A stretch of 62,070 bases of DNA from a virus (Duplodnaviria > Caudoviricetes), in the IMG/VR virus record IMGVR_UViG_3300020183_000077, positions 1 through 62,070 of that record; one strand, written 5' to 3'. Shown piece after piece: positions 58,804 through 62,070 of the stretch (positions are counted from its first letter, which is position 1; each line of letters starts with the position of its first letter). Below the pieces are notes generated by a model that saw only the letters and a list, made by a program, of their open reading frames with translations, ran no database searches and was not told the origin of the DNA. Position numbers and translations under genes: made by a program.

Positions 58804-59685
58804 ATGGATTCCCAAGACTTACGCAATCTTCAAGAAGCATATTCTAGTGTTTATGAACAGCAGATTGGTGTTCCCCTAAAGGACGCATCTGACCGTGCTG
58901 CAAAGGACCAACTTAAGAAAATGATTCCGAAGGGAGAAAAGGTATATACTCCTAAAGCAACACTACAAAATGCTGCTTATGAACCAGAGGGTGAAGAAAT
59001 TAATGAGGACATCAGAGATAGAGATATAAATGCAAGAGGTGGATTTGACCCAAGATTTGATAAAAGACCAACAACTACTGGTAGTGGACAAGTCAGAACT
59101 CCTGGTGGACCTGTAAAAACTCCTGGTGGTCCAGTGACAACTCCAAGACCAACAGGACCAGGACCAGTAGCACAAGCACCAAAACCTGCTGGTGGTTTAC
59201 TTGGAACATTGGATAAAACTGCTAGAGATACTGCTGGTAGAGTTGGCGAAACTATTGGTAGAACTGAAGCAGGTAAACTTCCTGGTGCAAATCTTCCTAT
59301 TCTTGGTAATGTGATTAAAAATGAAGGTGGAAGAAGAGGAAGAAACCAAGGACAACAGATGTATGATAAAGCAAAAAAAACTGTTGGTGGTCTTCTACAG
59401 CAAGATTATGAACCAGATGCTTTTGATGTAATCCTTGAGTATCTAGTTGCAGAAGGTTATGCAGATACTAATGAGAATGCATTAGTGATTATGGCTAATA
59501 TGAGTGAAGAGTGGAGAGAAATTATTCTTGAGTATGTTGGTGGTGGAGGTGCAGCACCTAATGCTCCTGGTGGTGTTGTAAGTGCAGTTGATAAATTAGG
59601 TAGTATGTTCTCAAAGGTAGCACCTAAGAAACCAGTGAAAAAACAAACACCAGATGGGTTCAAACCATATCAAAAGTTTAACTGA
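58804..59685 (+). CDS. putative prohead core/internal protein
   Basis: L.EAY..VYE N-terminus; ILEYLVAEGYA.....A..IM.NMSEEW module; late promoter. Confidence 0.55.
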   Translation: MDSQDLRNLQEAYSSVYEQQIGVPLKDASDRAAKDQLKKMIPKGEKVYTPKATLQNAAYEPEGEEINEDIRDRDINARGGFDPRFDKRPTTTGSGQVRTPGGPVKTPGGPVTTPRPTGPGPVAQAPKPAGGLLGTLDKTARDTAGRVGETIGRTEAGKLPGANLPILGNVIKNEGGRRGRNQGQQMYDKAKKTVGGLLQQDYEPDAFDVILEYLVAEGYADTNENALVIMANMSEEWREIILEYVGGGGAAPNAPGGVVSAVDKLGSMFSKVAPKKPVKKQTPDGFKPYQKFN

Positions 59686-59707
59686 GACAATCCTAGAACT
59701 GTCCCCA

Positions 59708-59730
59708 GACCCCACAAGGGGTCTTTTTTT
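59708..59730 (+). terminator. intrinsic terminator inside promoter spacer
   Basis: AGACCCC-acaa-GGGGTCT + T-run, followed by TGCTACAAT. Confidence 0.75.
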
Positions 59731-59761
59731 GTGCTACAATATTCTCAATCACAAGACTCCT

Positions 59762-60169
59762 ATGGAACTTACAGTTATTGCAATCAAACGTGAAGATGGT
59801 CTGTATCATTTCGACCATCCCCATAATGACACAGTTGAAGAACTGCTGATGAATGGAACTGAAGAAGCAATTGATGAGCATTGCTACTTCAAGACTGGAA
59901 AGTATCCAATTGAGGGTGATGAAGTTGAGATTTCTCTCTTCCTTGAAGAACCTGCTGATTATGATACTCTTCTTGTAAAAGAAGTATCTGATGAAGAAGG
60001 AACAACTTATACTGATACAACAATGTGTGTTCCTGTTTGGTTGTGTCCTTGGTTGCAGGGATTCTTTGGTGAAGTTCCTGATGAGATTTATATCAAAGTG
60101 CGTCCAATCAATAAAGGTCTTGAGTCTTTTGTTGCTGCAACTGGTATGCGAGGATTTCTCAATAAATAA
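59762..60169 (+). CDS. hypothetical protein (DUF6717-like)
   Basis: FD......E....G, WLCP.L..FF...P..IY. Confidence 0.6.
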   Translation: MELTVIAIKREDGLYHFDHPHNDTVEELLMNGTEEAIDEHCYFKTGKYPIEGDEVEISLFLEEPADYDTLLVKEVSDEEGTTYTDTTMCVPVWLCPWLQGFFGEVPDEIYIKVRPINKGLESFVAATGMRGFLNK

Positions 60170-60178
60170 AAGTAAAAA

Positions 60179-60418
60179 ATGAAAACTTTTAAAGAGTTTA
60201 TTTCTGAACATTGTGGTTGTGTAGACAATGCAGTTGGTGAACTTGAAGATGGACTCAAAAAGTTAAACGATACTTCTTATGATTCGATTGATAAATTGAT
60301 GCGTAAGATTATGAAAAAACATCAAATGAGTGCAAAAGAACTACATAATGCTTTTGTTGATACTCACGGTAAAATACCTGATGAGTGGATAAAACAAATA
60401 AATAAAAGAAAAAAGTAG
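60179..60418 (+). CDS. putative internal head protein (CTS leader)
   Basis: MKTFKEFISE; late promoter at ~60162. Confidence 0.65.
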   Translation: MKTFKEFISEHCGCVDNAVGELEDGLKKLNDTSYDSIDKLMRKIMKKHQMSAKELHNAFVDTHGKIPDEWIKQINKRKK

Positions 60419-60422
60419 TCAA

Positions 60423-60581
60423 ATGAAACCAACTCCAAGAGAATTGCAAGAAACTTATAAAACCTATGAAAGTCTTGTGGAGCATTTAATATCAGAAGGT
60501 TATGCAGATGATAAGAAATCTGCAGATAAGATTATTGAAGGAATGAGTCAAACCTGGTATAATCTTATCATCAACGACTGA
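60423..60581 (+). CDS. stand-alone 'EGYA' module protein (52 aa)
   Basis: Manual translation MKPTPRELQETYKTYESLVEHLISEGYADDKKSADKIIEGMSQTW. Confidence 0.65.
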   Translation: MKPTPRELQETYKTYESLVEHLISEGYADDKKSADKIIEGMSQTWYNLIIND

Positions 60582-60666
60582 GGACACTTTCGGAACCGTC
60601 CACCAGTCTTGCCAGGCACCCCAAGAGGTGCTATGATTACAAGGTAATCGAGAGGGGAAACCACCA

Positions 60667-60897
60667 ATGTCCTTGATTGAGTTCACTAATTCTTCTGCTA
60701 TCTCCAAGATTTCTTTCAATCACGATGATAGTGAGATTGGAGTTGCTTTTACTGCTAATCCTGATAAGTATTACTACTTCCAATGTGAAGATGTAGATAA
60801 CTTTGTTCAAAAGTTGGAAGAAACTGTAAATGCAAACGAGAGTCTCGGGAAGTTTATTTCTGGTCTTCGCAAAGATGGGACTTTGATTTCCGTTTGA
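60667..60897 (+). CDS. KTSC-domain-like protein
   Basis: SSAI..I.F.....I.V.F.....Y.Y....S.GKFI. Confidence 0.65.
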   Translation: MSLIEFTNSSAISKISFNHDDSEIGVAFTANPDKYYYFQCEDVDNFVQKLEETVNANESLGKFISGLRKDGTLISV

Positions 60898-60922
60898 CAA
60901 AGAGTTCCAAGTCCTCTAGAAT
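60894..60922 (+). promoter_or_regulatory. sigma70 promoter of tRNA cluster
   Basis: TTGACA-17nt-TAGAAT. Confidence 0.75.
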
Positions 60923-60936
60923 TGACTTGGATTTAT

Positions 60937-61024
60937 GGTCGTCAGAACAGGTGTTCAGAGGGGACTTATAATCCCTTTGCCCCAGATTAGGGCCTTTGGC
61001 AGGGTTCGATACCCTGGGCGACTA
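60937..61024 (+). tRNA. non-canonical tRNA, anticodon UAU (nominally Ile), long variable arm
   Basis: Acceptor GGTCGTC/GGCGACT, anticodon loop CTTATAA, T-arm CAGGG-TTCGATA-CCCTG. Confidence 0.7.
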
Positions 61025-61054
61025 TTTGCTATTCGTTATTTGCGAATAGCAAAT

Positions 61055-61127
61055 GCTCCTTTAGCTATCTGGTGAAAGCAATCGACTCATAATCGATGTG
61101 AGGTGGGTTCGATCCCCTCAAGGAGCA
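61055..61127 (+). tRNA. tRNA-CAU (Ile2 or Met)
   Basis: Acceptor GCTCCTT/AAGGAGC, ATCGA-CTCATAA-TCGAT, GGTTCGAT. Confidence 0.88.
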
Positions 61128-61132
61128 CCTAT

Positions 61133-61205
61133 GCCCGTGTAGTCCAGCGGAAGAGACAGAGGACTTAAAATCCTTCCAGGGTCGGTTCGAATCCGACCAC
61201 GGGTA
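61133..61205 (+). tRNA. tRNA-Leu(UAA), short variable loop
   Basis: Acceptor GCCCGTG/CACGGGT, GAGGA-CTTAAAA-TCCTT, GTCGG-TTCGAAT-CCGAC. Confidence 0.9.
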
Positions 61206-61206
61206 T

Positions 61207-61224
61207 TGCCTTCGGGCACTTTTT
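61207..61224 (+). terminator. UUCG-tetraloop terminator after tRNA cluster
   Basis: TGCC-TTCG-GGCA + CTTTTT. Confidence 0.65.
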
Positions 61225-61234
61225 ATGAAAACTT

Positions 61235-61840
61235 ATGATTACTATTGATTACCTGAAAACTATCTGTGAAACCCAATGGGATTGGAATAGAATTTTTGGA
61301 GCAGTAGTTGATGTTTACTCCGACAAAGGATTTAAAAGTAAATCAGATAATATGCTTCGAGCTAAAATTCTTGAGTTATCTGTGGTTACTTTTTCGGAAC
61401 TAATTCACATTGATGAAGATGGTGTAGATTTTATTTTGATGGTTGATGGTAAAGAAGTTTTAATTGAGGGTAAATTCCAAAAAGATTTCTTTAAGCAAAG
61501 AAAAATTAAAGGGACTAACGAATTTCATACTTGCAATAAAGTCAAGATGAAGAATTATCGAGGAAAAATTAACGAGGACGCATTTAATAGATTCAAAGGA
61601 GAGAATAAATTTCATTATGTAATGATTATTGACCGAGAATGCTTTCGGGTTGCATTTGCGTCTAAAGAAACTGCACAAAAATATTATGTTCATGAAGGTG
61701 ATGGAGTATTTTCCTATCTTCCTTACAATGAATTGACTTATCTTGATTTAGATGTTGCCAACTTTACATTTCCTTCTTCTAGTGTTAAACTTTCTGAAGC
61801 AATAAATGACGTAATCATCAATTGGATTAAAGATAGATGA
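61235..61840 (+). CDS. putative PD-(D/E)xK nuclease (restriction-endonuclease-like)
   Basis: E...GVDF........IEGK spacing; overlaps downstream methylase. Confidence 0.5.
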   Translation: MITIDYLKTICETQWDWNRIFGAVVDVYSDKGFKSKSDNMLRAKILELSVVTFSELIHIDEDGVDFILMVDGKEVLIEGKFQKDFFKQRKIKGTNEFHTCNKVKMKNYRGKINEDAFNRFKGENKFHYVMIIDRECFRVAFASKETAQKYYVHEGDGVFSYLPYNELTYLDLDVANFTFPSSSVKLSEAINDVIINWIKDR

Positions 61841-62070
61841 AGCAATTCCCACTAAAAACTTGTCTTAGGTATCCTGGAGGCAAGAGTAAAGCACTTAAGA
61901 CTCTTGCTCCTTGGTTTCCGAGTGACTTCAAAGAGTTTCGTGAACCATTCTTGGGTGGTGGAAGCATATCTTTAATGATTTCTCAAAATTATCCAAAGGT
62001 TCCTATTTGGGTAAACGACAAATACTTCTATCTCTATAACTTCTGGGTTCAACTTCGTGATAATGGTCAA
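61837..62070 (+). CDS. dam: DNA adenine methyltransferase (Dam/D12 family), 3' truncated
   Basis: Manual translation LRYPGGKSK...FREPFLGGGS...VND. Confidence 0.9.
   Translation, partial: MKQFPLKTCLRYPGGKSKALKTLAPWFPSDFKEFREPFLGGGSISLMISQNYPKVPIWVNDKYFYLYNFWVQLRDNGQ

Noticed and set aside
29351-60601. Repeated boxes or leader repeats as a CRISPR array or integron attC sites
   Set aside because: Dispersed and degenerate, no regular spacers, no cas gene or integrase; better explained as promoter boxes and coding leaders
1-62070. Alternative genetic code, introns or inteins
   Set aside because: Conserved genes translate intact with the standard code; no intein or group I intron signatures noticed

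Overview
62 kb segment of a T4-like cyanobacterial myovirus (Kyanoviridae-like); cyanophage identity is inferred from CP12, talC, thyX, phoH and a cobS-like gene. Order: nucleotide/replication genes (thyX, phoH, exonuclease, gp33, gp59, gp32), then a baseplate/tail block (gp53, 48, 2, 4, 54, 26, 51, two hub/tape-measure-like proteins carrying cell-wall enzyme domains, gp27-like, cp12, gp5, large fibre genes with His-rich tips). After that come a vWA-peptidase + CobS/MoxR pair, a dense accessory region (2OG-Fe(II) oxygenases, RlpA, DenV-like, talC, nitrilase), three tRNA genes and a candidate REase/Dam pair. Main observations: (1) a late-promoter-associated array of genes sharing the T4 capsid-targeting leader (MKT[FY]xxF[IL]xE) fused to different cargos (HNH-like, GNAT, basic proteins), a candidate packaged-and-injected effector cassette system; (2) a -1 slippery heptamer that would fuse gp26 to gp51, like lambda G/GT; (3) a 20-bp palindrome in 7 copies at fixed spacing upstream of -10 boxes; (4) a non-canonical long-variable-arm tRNA with a UAU anticodon near a short-arm tRNA-Leu; (5) a candidate ~100-nt sRNA. 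All product calls come from motif recognition by eye; no searches were run.
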